64,000 nucleotides of DNA from Octopus vulgaris (Eukaryota). The notes beneath the pieces are model-generated. The model was not told where the DNA came from. It did no database searches and saw only the letters and a program-made list of their open reading frames with translations. How positions within the stretch are numbered: position 1 is the first letter of the stretch; each line of letters begins with the position of its first letter. The stretch is taken from assembly GCA_951406725.2 (NCBI GenBank), contig OX597821.1, positions 80,600,001-80,664,000 on the forward strand. The letters run 5' to 3'. The position numbers were made by a program, and so were the translations under genes. Of this stretch, positions 1 through 13,843 are shown piece after piece.

Positions 1-895
1 TCTCAACAAGAGATGAGATTAAATATATAAGCTTCATAAAACTGAATGTATGGAGGTCATCTAAATATCATTATTATTATTAATAATACGAAGAAGAAGA
101 ATGTGACATTTTGGTAACTTTGTCTTCGGGCGTTATAAAGGTTATAAATCTGACTAACTAGATACTGTTGTGGCTATTTGGTACTTTTATGAATAAAAAG
201 ATGAAAACTAGCCTACATACATACTAGACAGGTGTTCTAAACATTTCCTTAGGGAACGAAAGAGGGAGGAGGTTTCGTTATTGTATATAAAAGGCATCAA
301 GTATACTTAGTAAAACTAAAACAAAACAAAAAACAAGCACTTAACGAGGTAGAGATGCTTCAAGCGATTCAGGTTAAAGGGTAGAAGACAGCCAAGAAAA
401 GTTGATACGCTCTTCTAGTGAGATCAAGTTTTCGTTATAATGCCAATATGCTGACTGTTTAACGTTGTATATACTACGTACACTAAATATTTGTTTCACA
501 GTCTTTTTCGGTACCTTAAGGGGTTATTGTCGGTAAATTATACACACTGATGCTACGCAGATACCAATAAAACAGAAACAAATAGGTGCGTGTGTGTACG
601 TGTTTATGTCCATACGTATATGTGTGTATAGGTGCGTGTGTGTGAGAGAGTTTGTGTGCGTGCGTGTGTGTTTATGCGTGTGTGTGTGTGTGTGTGCGTA
701 TACGTGTATGTGTGTTTAATTTTAAGCAGAATGATAAATAAAAGCTGTCAAACATTAAATGCAACGCTTTCCAGTAGAGTATCATAAGTAACAATATGAT
801 GACAGCGAGTAAGTAGAAACTTCGAAGTCACTGTCAACATTTCCCTTGCACACACACATATGTATAGAGAAAAGTATGTATATATGTATGTATAC

Positions 896-948
<53 letters not shown>

Positions 949-967
949 GAGATATTTATGCATATAC

Positions 968-1430
968 ACAAGCAGAAGGACCCGGTTTCACTCGGGTTAT
1001 AAACTCATAACCTTAACACAATACAGTTTGATGCTTGAAGTGTAAGATTAGAGTATTTCTCAAAAATTATACCAACTTTTAACACTCAAGAACACAGGTT
1101 CTGAAATGAAATAGAAGCGGTTATACATAAATGTGCGTGTCCAGGTAGCGATAGTTGCTACGTCAATACCGGAAGTAAACAATGAAAAACTTGTTATTAC
1201 GTCAATAACGGAAGTTGACACTGAAAAACTTTTTAAAAGAAGTGAATCAATGTATATAAAGCAGTATTATTTATTTTATTTAGTTTTAATAAAAAAATAA
1301 TTGAAAACCCTGTTATGTATCCGAGTTCAAATTATTCATGCACCCCAAGTATGCGACCAATTCGAGCAGCCGTTTTTGCGTGAAAAGCGAATATACACAC
1401 AGAAGACTATTTTGTATAATATGTTGACAT
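968..1430 (-). mobile_element. Non-autonomous Helitron-like element (degenerate)
   Basis: On the minus strand the 3' end has a hairpin (cccgagtgaaaccggg) followed by a degenerate CTTG|T terminus. The other end resembles Lep1-type Helitron 5' ends. Internal 39-bp tandem duplication at 1159-1230. Confidence 0.5.
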
Positions 1431-1458
1431 TAATATATATAATGTATATATGTATGTA

Positions 1459-1504
<46 letters not shown>

Positions 1505-1591
1505 GTATATATATATATGTGTGTGTGTGTATGTATATTTATATATGCATATATGTATGTATCTATATATATATAAATATATATATATATA

Positions 1592-1640
<49 letters not shown>

Positions 1641-1701
1641 GGATAAATATCAGCGTATTAGGTGTCCTATTAGGGTCATCTTTTATGTGTTTAAATGTAC
1701 A

Positions 1702-1748
<47 letters not shown>

Positions 1749-1843
1749 GTGTGTGTGTGTGTGTGCGTGTGTGTATGTATATCTACATATGCATATATAT
1801 ATATATATATATATATATGAATTTGTATAAATGCACAATCACG

Positions 1844-1896
<53 letters not shown>

Positions 1897-1900
<4 letters not shown>

Positions 1901-3083
1901 AAGGGTTGTACTGAAAGTAATGCAAAGTGGGCACAACTTTTATTAACTGAAAACTGTTCGAACGGTAGTTGGCATGGTAACCCTCCCTCTTTACTTCCGA
2001 TTCTTCATTGAAGACAAACAAATGGGTTCCAAGCAAACGTGGTGCGTTATCATTCAGTTGTTGACGGAAGAGGTGTGCAACTGCCTCCAACCCACAGAAG
2101 GCTTCAGCTTGTTCGCGGCGATGACACTGACAGGAGTAGTGTGCACAGACAGACGAAGAAGTTTAAAAAAAGGTGGAAACGAGAACTGAACACAAACCAC
2201 ACAATGAAAGACCATCAACTATGGTTACTGTCGCGAATCATCCACGAATATACGAATTTATTCATGGGAATAGGCGAACCACAAATCTTGAGTCGATTGC
2301 ACAATTGGATTACGGCCACAATGCATCACAGAAGATGGAGGAAGACTTTTTATATCGAAAAGAGTTTGCAAAGCGACTACTTCGGCAGTTGATGCTCTCT
2401 TTAAAGGAGAGAATATTGGAAGTCTGCGCTGATCTGCTGTGAACCTTTAGAGCCAACGAAGGCACGCTTTTCTCGAACTGATGGCAGGGGATGAAAGACT
2501 TAGCTCATGGAATGGTGTCTCAAAGTCCTTCAAGAGTCAGCGATCAGCTCAGAAATGTCATGGTAATTGGTTTGTAGGCTGACAAGTGTATCGATCTTCT
2601 TGGTTATCTGGAATGTGGATGTTCTGTGAAGAACAAGTAGAACATTGGGACACTCAAAAACTCAGGGAAGTCATTAGGAGAGATATACCGAACGAGAATC
2701 TGAAAGCATTCTACATTAAACCATGACAATGCACAAGTACACAAATCTTTGACAACAAATTAAGCAAGTTTCTTTGCGGTCGCTCTTCCCAAGCGCAGCC
2801 CAGCACAGCACAGATATGGCACCCTCTAGTTTCCCCCTGTTCGGTTCCATGAAGTAATGTCTTCGTGGACAATCATCTGATGACACAGAAGTGGCTACAA
2901 CAGTGGAATTTGAAAATTTTAGAAAAGGACACGTGAGTTGAATTCATGGACGGTGCAAATGCACCGCTTGTGAGGAACATTACGGTGAGTAGTACCTTTT
3001 TATAAGAGGAACGGTCACTCTGCCAACATATGCAATTTGAACAATCAATGTCAGTTTAAAAAAAGTGACGGGAACACCCTCGT
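1897..3083 (+). mobile_element. Decayed mariner (DD34D-type) transposon
   Basis: Frameshifted transposase remnants: IIQLLTEE..HRRLQLVRGDD.DRSSVHR..KKFK (HTH), AGDE, HDNAQVH, STDMAPSSFPLFGSMK (YSPDLAPSDF-like). Degenerate TIRs acgtaagggttgt / acaccctcgt. Confidence 0.8.
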
Positions 3084-3096
3084 CTGAGTATAGAGA

Positions 3097-3320
3097 TGGT
3101 GATTGCTCCATCTTCACAGATGATTGTCGTTTCCTTGTTTCCTCGTTGACAAAGGCAATTCTGACTTTTCATCCATGACCACTCATACGACTTCAGTCCC
3201 ACTGCACATCTGCATGGCTTGAAACATAGGTGACAGACGAAACTTGCAATTTACTGTGCATTTCGAACTGGTTGGAGCTGCACACGCCACCATTCTTCCA
3301 TCACCAGTAGATGGAATGAC
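3097..3320 (-). mobile_element. RTE-like LINE 3' end fragment
   Basis: Its reverse complement aligns by eye with 51030-51105 (caatcatctgtg.agatggagcaa.cacc), which follows a decayed C2H2-like ending. Confidence 0.45.
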
Positions 3321-4383
3321 AAATGAGGTAACCATAAAAGATTATAGTGATAATTAGATTATAGTAATAAAGACTTACACAACACAAGTACCACAAGTAT
3401 CCTAGGGATACGCCAAATCAAGATTACCAATAATCACGTGAAACCGTAGGTTTTACAGTTGAATGCCCCTCTTCTAAAAGGATACTACACATATATACGT
3501 CTTCTCTGAGATTTTTTAAGTGACGAGAAAGTGTCAAATATTTTATATACAAGCCACTGCCATATATTTTATATACATATCATTGTAGGTCAGTATAGGA
3601 CAAAAAGTAAGCAGTTTAGCTAGTGTGAGCAATGCATATTAAAAATATAGGCAATAAAATAACTGAAAAAGAATTTAAAGGAAAAGTAAAAAGAATAAAA
3701 TACACAGGAAAGAAAAACTGGGTTAACTTTTGCTGTTAACCCTGATTGTTTGTTTTGTAGAAAATTGCTATAACTGTAGATTACAGTGAGGGGTATAAAG
3801 ATATTAAATATTTAAAAGGGTATAAAGGACAACATAAAGGAAATGCGAGATAGCTAATATATCTTTACGACAAATAAAATTATATATAAAATATACAACT
3901 AAGTTACAGGAATATAGGGTTTGAGACATGCTTTCCTTTTTCTACCTAACTCTTTTGTAATAACAGTTTTACAGCAAAGTCCCTTTCACTGAAAGACATC
4001 TATTACAGCCACTACTACGACCACTTCCACTGCTGTAGCTAATCATAATAATTACTCCTTAATGCCAACATTGCCAGTAAGGAACAAAAGATAACTACCA
4101 CTGCTATGCCTACTACTATTTCGACCATCAGAAGGAAACCAATGATCAGCACCATAGGAAATTTGCAAGAAAATCATCCCAAGATAATATTAAAAATTTA
4201 TTTATTTCAATTATTTTCCCCTTTCTTAGAACATTACTACATTACTTAAGACAATTGAAACCGGTAGCCTATTTTGAAACAGAAATGTAAATATTCTCTT
4301 TCTTTTCATAATACATTTGGTAAAGCATTTTCTGCTTTTTTGTTTTTTCTATGTAAATTTAATTTAAACCTCTTCACCTTTCA

Positions 4384-4417
<34 letters not shown>

Positions 4418-5599
4418 TGTGTGTGCGTGCGTGCGTGTGTGTGCTTTCACCATCTTTAAGTGTAGCATGTTTTTCAAAATAATCCAGCATGTTCATCCGA
4501 TAAGCCATTATTGAGACTTAAAGTGACGGCAAATGGTATTAGTTGAGTAAATATCATTCTACTCTGTACCATATACTGAGTATATTTCTGTTGTTTTGTT
4601 ATATAGAAAGAATATATCTATATTCATATATATATGGGTATGTCAATAAGTCTGTACGTATGCATGTTTGTGTTTGTATATATACATACATACGCAAACA
4701 CACATACATATATATTTATATATCTAAACTGGATTATTTCTTCATACCTACGTATCTCGTGCCAGTTGACTTTACACGGAGTCAACGTACAAAGAAGCAA
4801 GACTAGAATAATAAAATGGAAGTTAGAATATTTAAAAGCTTTGGTTACTTTTGACAACAACATCACCAAGCCCATACAATTGATTGGGATAAACAGAACA
4901 CACAACAAACATACATTCTTTCTCGCCTTACAGAGACCCTGCTTGTATAAAGAAAAGAAAAGAGGTTAAAAAAGGGGGACATAATTTACATCGGTGAATA
5001 TAAATTTCTGTTCGAGGTTCCTTTGTATCGAGAAAAAAAATAAGGGCTTGAATCATTATTTGCTGATTAAATCTCCCCTAATACTTAGTACCTAATACAC
5101 CGTTTTCGGTTGAGTAAATATAAATCTAATGGCAGTTTAAATAGAAAACTAGGGATCAACAAGCCCCATTTATCACATACAGTATATCACACAAATATAT
5201 ATGTATTTTAGTCAACAAGCCGCTATATATGTACATATACATATATATGATATATTACATACATGCATACACGTACATATATACATACATATACATTCAT
5301 ATACATGTGCGTGTGTGTGTGCGTGTTGTTTGTGTATGCGTGTGTGCGTGCGTATTTGTGTGTGTATTCATACACACACATACACACATATATTCATACA
5401 CACATAAATGTATGCCATGCGCTGCTGAATATGTGTATATACATATGCATGTATGTGCATACGTATGCGTGTTAGTGTATATATATGCTTATATCTATGC
5501 ATGTGAATATGTATAATATATATAAAATAAATACACACACACATATATATATATATACTAGTATATGTACGTGTGTATTACACATATCTACATACAAGT

Positions 5600-5896
5600 G
5601 TGTATGTATGTATGTATGTATGTATGTATGTATGTATGTATGTGTGTATGTGTGTATGTATGTTTGTATGTATGTGTGTGTATGTATGTAAGTATGTATG
5701 TATGTATGTATGTATGTATGTGTGTATGTATGTATGTATGTATGTATGTATGTATGTATGTATGTATGTATGTATGTGTGTGTATGTATGTATATATATA
5801 TGTATGTGTGTGTGTATGTATGTATGTATGTATGTATGTATGTATGTATGTATGTATGTATGTATGTATGTATGTATGTACGTATGTATGTATGTA
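5600..5896. repeat. (TATG)n microsatellite
   Basis: About 300 bp of tatg repeats with tg interruptions. Confidence 0.95.
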
Positions 5897-6953
5897 TCCA
5901 ATATTCTACAGCCGTGTATTTTGCTTCCTTTTCTCCCTTATTCTAATATATTTACATTTTGCTTCTTTGCAATTCTTGTTCTGGTCTCAGCCGTTCAGTT
6001 TGTATCCCGTTGCAGGCATTTCCTTCTGGTCTCCAGAGAAGACATCTACTTCCACTCGCTTCACTCCTCATTTGATATATTCGTTGTTGTTGTCACTGTT
6101 GTAAATGTTGTCACTGTTGTTGCAGTTATTCTTATACTTGATTCAATCATTTGACTGCGGCCATTCTGGGGCATAGCATTTCAAGAAGAGGAGAGTCGAT
6201 CAGATCAACCTCAGCACTTATTGCTATTTTTAACCTGACAATTATTCTGTCGACATTTGTTTGCCGAACAGGAAGATTACATGGGTTGCACCACTTTCTC
6301 TTTTAATATTAAGACTAACGTATCGTTAAGACAAGCGTCCATCATGGACAAGACGAAGAAAGGTCGAAAACACGTGTTTTTGGTGGTCTCATCGCTGGAG
6401 ATAACGGGGATTTACCTCCCTGCTAGCAATATAAACAAGAGTGTATTTTACCTCAAAAGCCAATACAAGAGTTTCTTTGCATGATATTTATCTACCGCAT
6501 TTTAGTTTATTCTAACAGAACAGCCACATTTAAGTGGGCACAAATATTACCTAACGGACGTAGTTCCTGGCTGTAATTGACAAGCATTTCTCAAACAATA
6601 TATGAAAATTTGTAAAAGACATTTAGTGAAGTTTTTACACAGATCCTGCTCTCCTACTTCATATTGTTACTGTATAACACTGGAAACTTGCCCACTTGAA
6701 CAGATATGCATAATTAGCTCAGTGGTTTATAAAGTAACTCCAGTTCTCCAAAATAATGAAACTCAAAAGAAAAAGTACATCGGTGCTACATTGTGTAGGT
6801 CTCCGTAACATAGCAACTAGGCAAAAAATCCCGATAGAATATCGAGCTCTGCGATATTTAATGAAAAATGTACAGGAATTGGTTTGTTAAACTACAATCC
6901 TTCAAGGCAGTGCTCCACCATGTCCGCAGCCCAATAACTAAAACAAGTAAAGA

Positions 6954-6985
<32 letters not shown>

Positions 6986-7033
6986 TATTATTATTATTAT
7001 TATTATTATTGTTATTATTATTATTATTATCAT

Positions 7034-7470
7034 ACTCTTTTACTTGTTTCAGTCATTTGAATGTGGCCATGCTGGAGCACCGCCTTTAGTCGAGCAAATC
7101 AACCCCAGGACTTACTTTCTAAGCCTAGTACTTATTGTATCGGTCTCTTTTGCCGAACCGCTAGGTTACGGGGACGTAAACACACCAGCATCTGTTGTCA
7201 AGCGATGTTGGGGGGACAAACACAGACACACAAACATACACACACACGTACATACACACACACACACACACACACAGAGACATATATATATATATACATA
7301 TATACGATGGCTTCTTTCAGTTTCCGTCTACCAAATCCACTCACAAGGCTTTGGTTGGCCCGAGGCTATAGTAGAAGACACTTGCCCAAGATGCCACGCA
7401 ATGGGACTGAACCCAAAACCATGTGATTCGTAAGCAAGCTACTTACCACACAGCCTCTCTAGTGCCTATT
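7034..7470 (-). mobile_element. tRNA-derived SINE family 1 (internal TA/TG microsatellite)
   Basis: Reverse complement of the family consensus ggagtggctgtgtggtaagtagcttgc...ggttccgggttcagtccc...gactgaaacaagtaaaagag seen at 13446 and 26188. Confidence 0.85.
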
Positions 7471-7554
7471 CTTCTTCTTCTTCTTCTTCTTCTTCTTTTT
7501 CTTCTTCTTCTTCTTCTTCTTCTTCTTCTTCTTCTTCTTCTTCTTCTTCTTCTT

Positions 7555-7622
<68 letters not shown>

Positions 7623-8342
7623 CATTATTATTTGCCGTTGTTGCTGCTGTTGTTATTATGCCATCTTAATTCTTTTCATATTCTTCATTTCCTTCATACC
7701 CGTCCTTTGTTCCCAATACCCTGTTCTCCACCCAAGTTCATGCGTTAATTAAGTAACGGGTGTCTAGTTACATTTCTGTTATGATGCTATTATTTATGTT
7801 ATCTTCATCGGATGGTGACACTCCAGTAATAAAATCTCCATAAACAATAACGATGCTGTAGTGAATCACAATCCTTCCGCCATGCTCTCTTCTCGGTTGT
7901 ATAATTGATGCAATATGTAAGTATATAAAAGTATACAATGATTTGTGTGTATATAGTGTGTTTGTATTTGTATATATATATATATACACACACACACAAC
8001 CGCGCACGCACACATATATTTGCATAATTATATATTTGTGTATATATATATGCGCACACACATACCTGTTCATAATATACATATCTAATAGTTATATATA
8101 TATGTATGTATGTATATATATGCATGAATATATAAATATATATATCCGTATATATATGCGTGAGTGTACATACTATAGTGTATATATTCATACGAGGCTA
8201 TGTATATATTTGTTTTTAAATATATATATAAATATATATGCTGACGCACAAGCATCCGGTGAGAGAGACCTATATATATATTATTACACACACACATATA
8301 TGTATATATATATAAGATTATGCACGCATACACACACACGCA

Positions 8343-8388
<46 letters not shown>

Positions 8389-8684
8389 ATTATGCATGCA
8401 TACACACACACGCATATATATGCGTTTAGCTGCGTGTATATGTGTATTGTATATGTATGCTTATTTTAACCTTGTGTTTAGTTATATATAACTATACACA
8501 AGGTTAAATATGACTATATGTATATGTGCCTGTGTGAGCGTGTGTGTATTTACATGTGTAGGATCATATTTGTGAGCATGCATATATATAAGTATGTATA
8601 TATGTGTGTGTGTGTGTGTGTCTACGTGTATGTGTATATATGTATGTATGCATGTATGTATGTATACACACACATACACACATA

Positions 8685-9569
8685 AATAGAGCGCGGTGAA
8701 TATATTGTTGTCAAAATTACGCAAAAAGGAAAATAACATTGACATCTCATTTTAAAATACATATATTTACCAAAATTACATAAAAATATCTTGAAACACT
8801 AAAGAGTAAATGTATTCAATATCGCCATTGACGTCAACCACGGCCTGCAGACGACTTCGGAATCTCCTGCAACTCTTCCGGACGGTCTCCTCGTTTAAGG
8901 TGGTGAATGCTGCCATAATCCTTACCTTCAGTCATCTTTGGTGTCACAAGGAGTTTTGTTTGTCTCTCGCTTAATTGCGCCCCACACATAATAATCAAGG
9001 GGGTGGCAGTCTTGGGAGTTAGGTGGCCAGATGTTAGGAGTGATGTGGTCGGAGAAATTGTCTGACAGCCATGACTGAGTTCTCTTGCTTGTGTGGCATG
9101 GTGCAGAGTCCTGTTGCTAGACGTAAGGTCTTCCAGCAGCCATCCTTTTCGCCTAGAGCAGCACTACTTCCTCCAGGCACTTGATGTAGGCCTCCTTATT
9201 GATTCTGAGGCTGTATGGGAAGATGAATGGAGGCATGACGTCGCCATCACTAGTGATCACTGCAAACACCATGATGTTGACTGGATGTTTGATTTTTATC
9301 ACTCTCAGTACATGCTTCGAGAACACGGCAAGCCAACGGTTGTTCTGTGTGTTCCCCATCAGTTCGCATTAGAGCTTCCGGTGTGAATGCCAAGCAATGC
9401 AGCATGTCATTTCCAAATTTCTGACAGAGTGAATTGCATCATGGTGCTATTTCATTCACAGACAGTGCCCAACTGACCCTTCTATACTGTGTAGTTGACA
9501 AAATAAAAGCAAACAATGCGCATGCACGAAATATAAAATGGCGACAATCTACCCATCGCACCCCCTGTA
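8685..9569 (-). mobile_element. Internally deleted maT (DD37D) Tc1/mariner transposon
   Basis: Minus-strand translation KHPVNIMVFAVITSDG...YV*QQDSAPCHTSKRTQSWLSDNFSDHITPNIWPPNSQDCHPLDYYVWG has 37 residues between the 2nd and 3rd Asp. Degenerate TIRs at about 8685-8712 and 9540-9569. Confidence 0.85.
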
Positions 9570-9652
9570 TACATATGTGTGTGTGTGTGTGTGTGTGTAT
9601 CTATGTATGTATATATATATATACTTACATACAAACATACATACAAACATAC

Positions 9653-9698
<46 letters not shown>

Positions 9699-9976
9699 CA
9701 TGAGGTTTAGATAAGGGAAGATAAATGATATATGAATATCCTGTCTTTCTTACAGATATGATAAACAAAGAATGAGAGTGATGGGCATAAAACAGGAAAC
9801 GAAAAACCAAATTATTAATTCCATTTAATGAAGTCAGCCTTCGTAAGAAATTACCTTCTTGTTCAAGGAATTATTGTTGTAGTTGTCGTTGTCGCTAGTG
9901 TTGTTATGATTTTACTGCTGTTGAAATATGTCTTGCTGAGTAGTTGGTTTTCCTCTGACGGCTTCCTTATAACTCA

Positions 9977-10338
9977 CTAGTACTATGACCCGGCAACGCC
10001 GAGTCATAGTGCTAGCGCATGCATATACAGCTGCGTGAGTGCGCACATACACGTGAGTACTGTCCAAATCTTCGACCAATCACATACAGCTAGCTGGCAT
10101 TCAATTGGCGTATCAAGTTTCGGGCATTTTGATTGGGTTTTGGATAGAAAATTCACCAAAAATCACTTCTATTGATTTTTTAATGGCTTTGTGGGGTGAC
10201 TGTGGAAATGTAAAGATGTGCACGACCACCCTTAAACGGTTTTGAACGACCATAGAAAGTTTGAGTCCTCTAACTGAAAAATTGTGGATTTGTATAAAGG
10301 ACACACACGCAGACATTTTGCCGTTTATATAGAGAGAT
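9977..10338 (-). mobile_element. Non-autonomous Helitron
   Basis: Minus strand starts A|TCtctctatataaac and ends with a long hairpin plus CTAG|T. No TSD. Confidence 0.75.
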
Positions 10339-10371
10339 AACGGGATTAATACCTTATAACATTATTCTATA

Positions 10372-10754
10372 CTAGCAGTATCGCCCGGCGTTGCTCGGGT
10401 TGTAAGGGAAATAACTATATAAGCATTTTTAGAGAGTTATAGCCAAAAAATGCATTAAAAATTGAAAAAAAATTAAGGTAAATATTTTTTAAATCGTTGA
10501 CACATCGTAGATATTTTTAGAGAGTTACTTCCCTTATATAAAAGCGAAAAAAATGCATTAAAATGGAAAAATATGATGGTAAATTTTTTTTAAATCGTAG
10601 ACTCATCGTAGACGCACGCTAATACCCAGAAGGGCTCGATATGAATCACGACTATAAGATACCCGCTTTTGGTTAAACTGCACCGCAAAATGTGGGAGTA
10701 GTTAGGAATCGAAATCGTAGGAGACAGACACACAACTTCACTCTTATATAAAGA
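10372..10754 (-). mobile_element. Non-autonomous Helitron (second family)
   Basis: Minus strand starts A|TCtttatataagag and ends cccgagcaacgccggg hairpin ...CTAG|T. Internal ~90 bp tandem duplication. Confidence 0.8.
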
Positions 10755-11970
10755 TGCTTTTTTTTTTCAGTCATAGAGTTAGATTTATGAAGGTCTTCAG
10801 TAGAAAATCCTTCGAATTCTGACTCGCTGCTTGATATAATGAAATTCGTATCCATTTTTTGTCAGAATGAAAAATTTTGAAAACACAATAGGAACAAATT
10901 TCGGAAAAAAATCTCCCATAATTCACGGAATTAAAATTACACTTCGATTTTTGTACAAAACTGTAGTTGAAGTGTTTACGAAGTATAATACGTGTTTTCA
11001 CGAATGTACTAAAGAGATTTGCTCTGATATTCTCATTTAAATATGAATAGGTAAATTCGGGCGGCTTGGTAACTATATATAAGTGTCGTCTGTTTATACA
11101 TAAACACTGTTTCATACTGCAATTATATATACATATATCTATATATAATATTATATAATAAAATATATACAGAGTAAAATAAAAACCAATTTACCTTTTC
11201 TGTCCTCCGTGTGTCTTTGCAAATGTGTTGGAATGATAAGTGAGTTGTGTTTTTGCGCCTTTTTTACTAATAACAAACACACACGTGTTTGTATGTAGTT
11301 GTATGTGTATGTAGTTGTATATGTATGTGTATGCGTGTGTGTGAGGAATGACACACACACACTCACGCACGCACACATGTACATCAATGCTTTCGGAGTG
11401 ATATGTTAAAATATTGAGTTTTCTCGAATTTTGTCTTAATTGGGGGTGAAATTGAAAGAAATATATTATGGCATGAGCGAATGGAGTACTTTGAAAAATC
11501 TTAGGTAAATTCTAATTGAAGAAGTTGTGTGAGGATTAAATGGTTATGTATTTATTTGTTTCTGTTTGCTGTGTTTTTTTATTTTTTGAGTAGTGGTTTA
11601 AACACTTTCAGTTTAGTCTTCCTCAAATCACTCTGTCGCTATTTACTTTCATTTTATTCGTTGCCCACTGTGTGTGTGCGTTTGCGTGTGGTGTAAACCA
11701 GACTAAGAAAAGCATTTGACACACACACCAGAATGTGAGTTTTCTGTAAATTTTGCTTAATTGGAGTTTAAATTTTAAAAACTGGACCTGGCATGACGCG
11801 ATGCTTTGTACTCTTAAAAATGCTAGGTAAATTGTAATTGAAGAAATCCTATATTGTAGATTTGTATAACTCCCAAAGGGAGGCAGATAAAATCTGCCTT
11901 TTATAATAAGAGATTCATTCACAAAATATTGAGTCACAATCCTCAATCAGTCCACTGATCACAGGATCAT

Positions 11971-12070
11971 NNNNNNNNNNNNNNNNNNNNNNNNNNNNNN
12001 NNNNNNNNNNNNNNNNNNNNNNNNNNNNNNNNNNNNNNNNNNNNNNNNNNNNNNNNNNNNNNNNNNNNNN
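11971..12070. other. Assembly gap (100 N)
   Basis: Exactly 100 Ns, typical of a gap of unknown size, so contiguity across it is not guaranteed. Confidence 0.99.
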
Positions 12071-12499
12071 CAGCCACATCGTTGAAAAGAGTAAACACAG
12101 TGCAAATTCGAAGAACTAAAATAAATTAAAACATTGCGAAGACCTGCTGTGAAAGAAATATGACCATAACCACATTTCTATGCGATTCGTGGGCTAAAAC
12201 AGAGGTGGAGGTCTCCTTAGGATCTCTTATTTCACTCTCATAGATTATGTAAACGTCATGCACACACAAACACAAGCATATATATTTTAACAATGCTATA
12301 CAAGGAATAAAGAACACAAGCAAACATATGGTTGCAATATAGAGTTTCAGAAAATACTATGTACATAAAACTGGTTTTAAGTTAGTGTCATACACACAAA
12401 ACACCAAACGTAGAAATTAATGTCTGCTGTAGTCAACTGGGGTCAATATGACCCTTTAGTGTCAATATTAGATTTTGTAAGAGCTACACAAGCCAAATA

Positions 12500-12770
12500 G
12501 TCAGTTGCGAATCAACAAGAGTATTTTAAGGATCCCCGAAAAATGTTTTTGTTTTAGATGTATTTAGAGTAAGAAACAACTAAGTTCCTTTCTCTGGCGT
12601 TTTACATAGTTCAACACACACAAGTGAATGTGTGATAAACAAGATAGGAATCTTGAAAGATGTATCTTTAAAATTAGTTTTTAAACATCGAATGCCTATG
12701 TGGATCCACCAGAATAAAATTATAATCAAAAGGGTCCATAGGTAAAAAAAAAAAAGTTGAGTTTCACTGG
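12500..12770. mobile_element. hAT-like MITE (second copy at about 37255-37432)
   Basis: About 180 bp align by eye with 37255-37432. The end resembles a Charlie/MER5-like aaaagttgag..cactg terminus. Confidence 0.5.
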
Positions 12771-13116
12771 TCAAGTGCATTAACATTATTCTTACAAAAC
12801 AGAATCTATAAGGCCATCATACTTTTATAAAAGGGAATCTAAGGAGCAAACCTTGACCTGATATAACCTATGAAAACACCATATATATGACCTAATTTAT
12901 TGGCGATTTAATTCGGTGTTCAATATACAGCTATACGTAGATCAAGTAAAGTCTTATTTAAATACGATATCCAGAAAATAAATTCTTTGAAATGTTTCAT
13001 ACCTGATGTTTGCTAATATCATGCGTATAATTTGTGATATATGTAAAATATTCTACACATGGTTATATAACGATATAAAGTTTATCCATTTAATATCTGG
13101 TAGAGGTAACAAAAAT

Positions 13117-13295
13117 TATCCTTTCTGCTCTAGACGCAAGGTCTGAAGTTTCAGGAGGGGGTTAGTCGATTACATCAACGCCAGTGCTCGGCTGGTACTT
13201 ATTTCCTTGAACCCCGAAAGAGATAAAAGGAAAATTCGACCCCTGTGAAATTTGAACTCAGAACGTAGACTGATGAAATAGACGTAAACATTTTA
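13117..13295 (-). mobile_element. tRNA/Nin-domain SINE family 2 (degenerate)
   Basis: Reverse complement of ttctgagttcaaatt...gtcga..ttt.ctttt...tcggggtc.a....aataagtaccag. Confidence 0.75.
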
Positions 13296-13445
13296 GCATT
13301 TATAAGACAACAGTTCTATCGATTTCAGTGTGGATATAGAAAGATAAGGAATCGAAATTAATACATTTTTGAAAGACCTTGCGATATTGTATGTGGAGCA
13401 GTCAGTCAATAATGATATTTTTATTTGAAGAATGTTAGCAGTAAT

Positions 13446-13843
13446 AGGCGTAGGAGTGGCTGTATGGTAAGTAGCTTGCTTACGATCCACATGGTTCCGG
13501 GTTCAGTCCCACGGCATGGCACCTTGGGCAAGTGTCTTCTACTATAGCCTCGGGCCGACCAAGGTCTTGTGAGTGGATTTGGTAGACGGAAACTGAAAGA
13601 AGCCTTTCGTATATATGCATATGTACATATATATGTGTGTGTGTGTGTGTGTCTGTGTTTGTACCCCCAACATCGCTTGACAACCGATACTAGTGTTTAC
13701 GTCCCCGTAACATAGCGGTCGGCAAAAAAGACTGATAGAATAAATACTAGGTTTGCAAAGAATAAATCCTGGGGTCGATTTTGTCGACTAAAGTCGGTGC
13801 TCCAGCATGGCCACAGTCAAATGGCTGAAACAGGTAAAAGAGT
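13446..13843 (+). mobile_element. SINE family 1, full length
   Basis: tRNA-like A/B boxes (tggctgtatgg / gggttcagtccc), ccttgggcaagtgtctt, internal (TA)(TG) tract, gtaaaagagt tail. Confidence 0.9.

Noticed and set aside
5201-6154. Long ORFs rich in MYVC/YIYI/HTHT
   Set aside because: Translations of TATG/TA/CA microsatellites. The same applies to most of the ORF track.
6290-6720. Short ORFs possibly from a DNA transposon (VKFLHRS..)
   Set aside because: No catalytic motif or termini recognisable.
10755-10855. MDTNFIISSSESEFEGFS peptide reminiscent of acidic transposase termini
   Set aside because: Too short. No TIRs, TSD or further transposase motifs were found.
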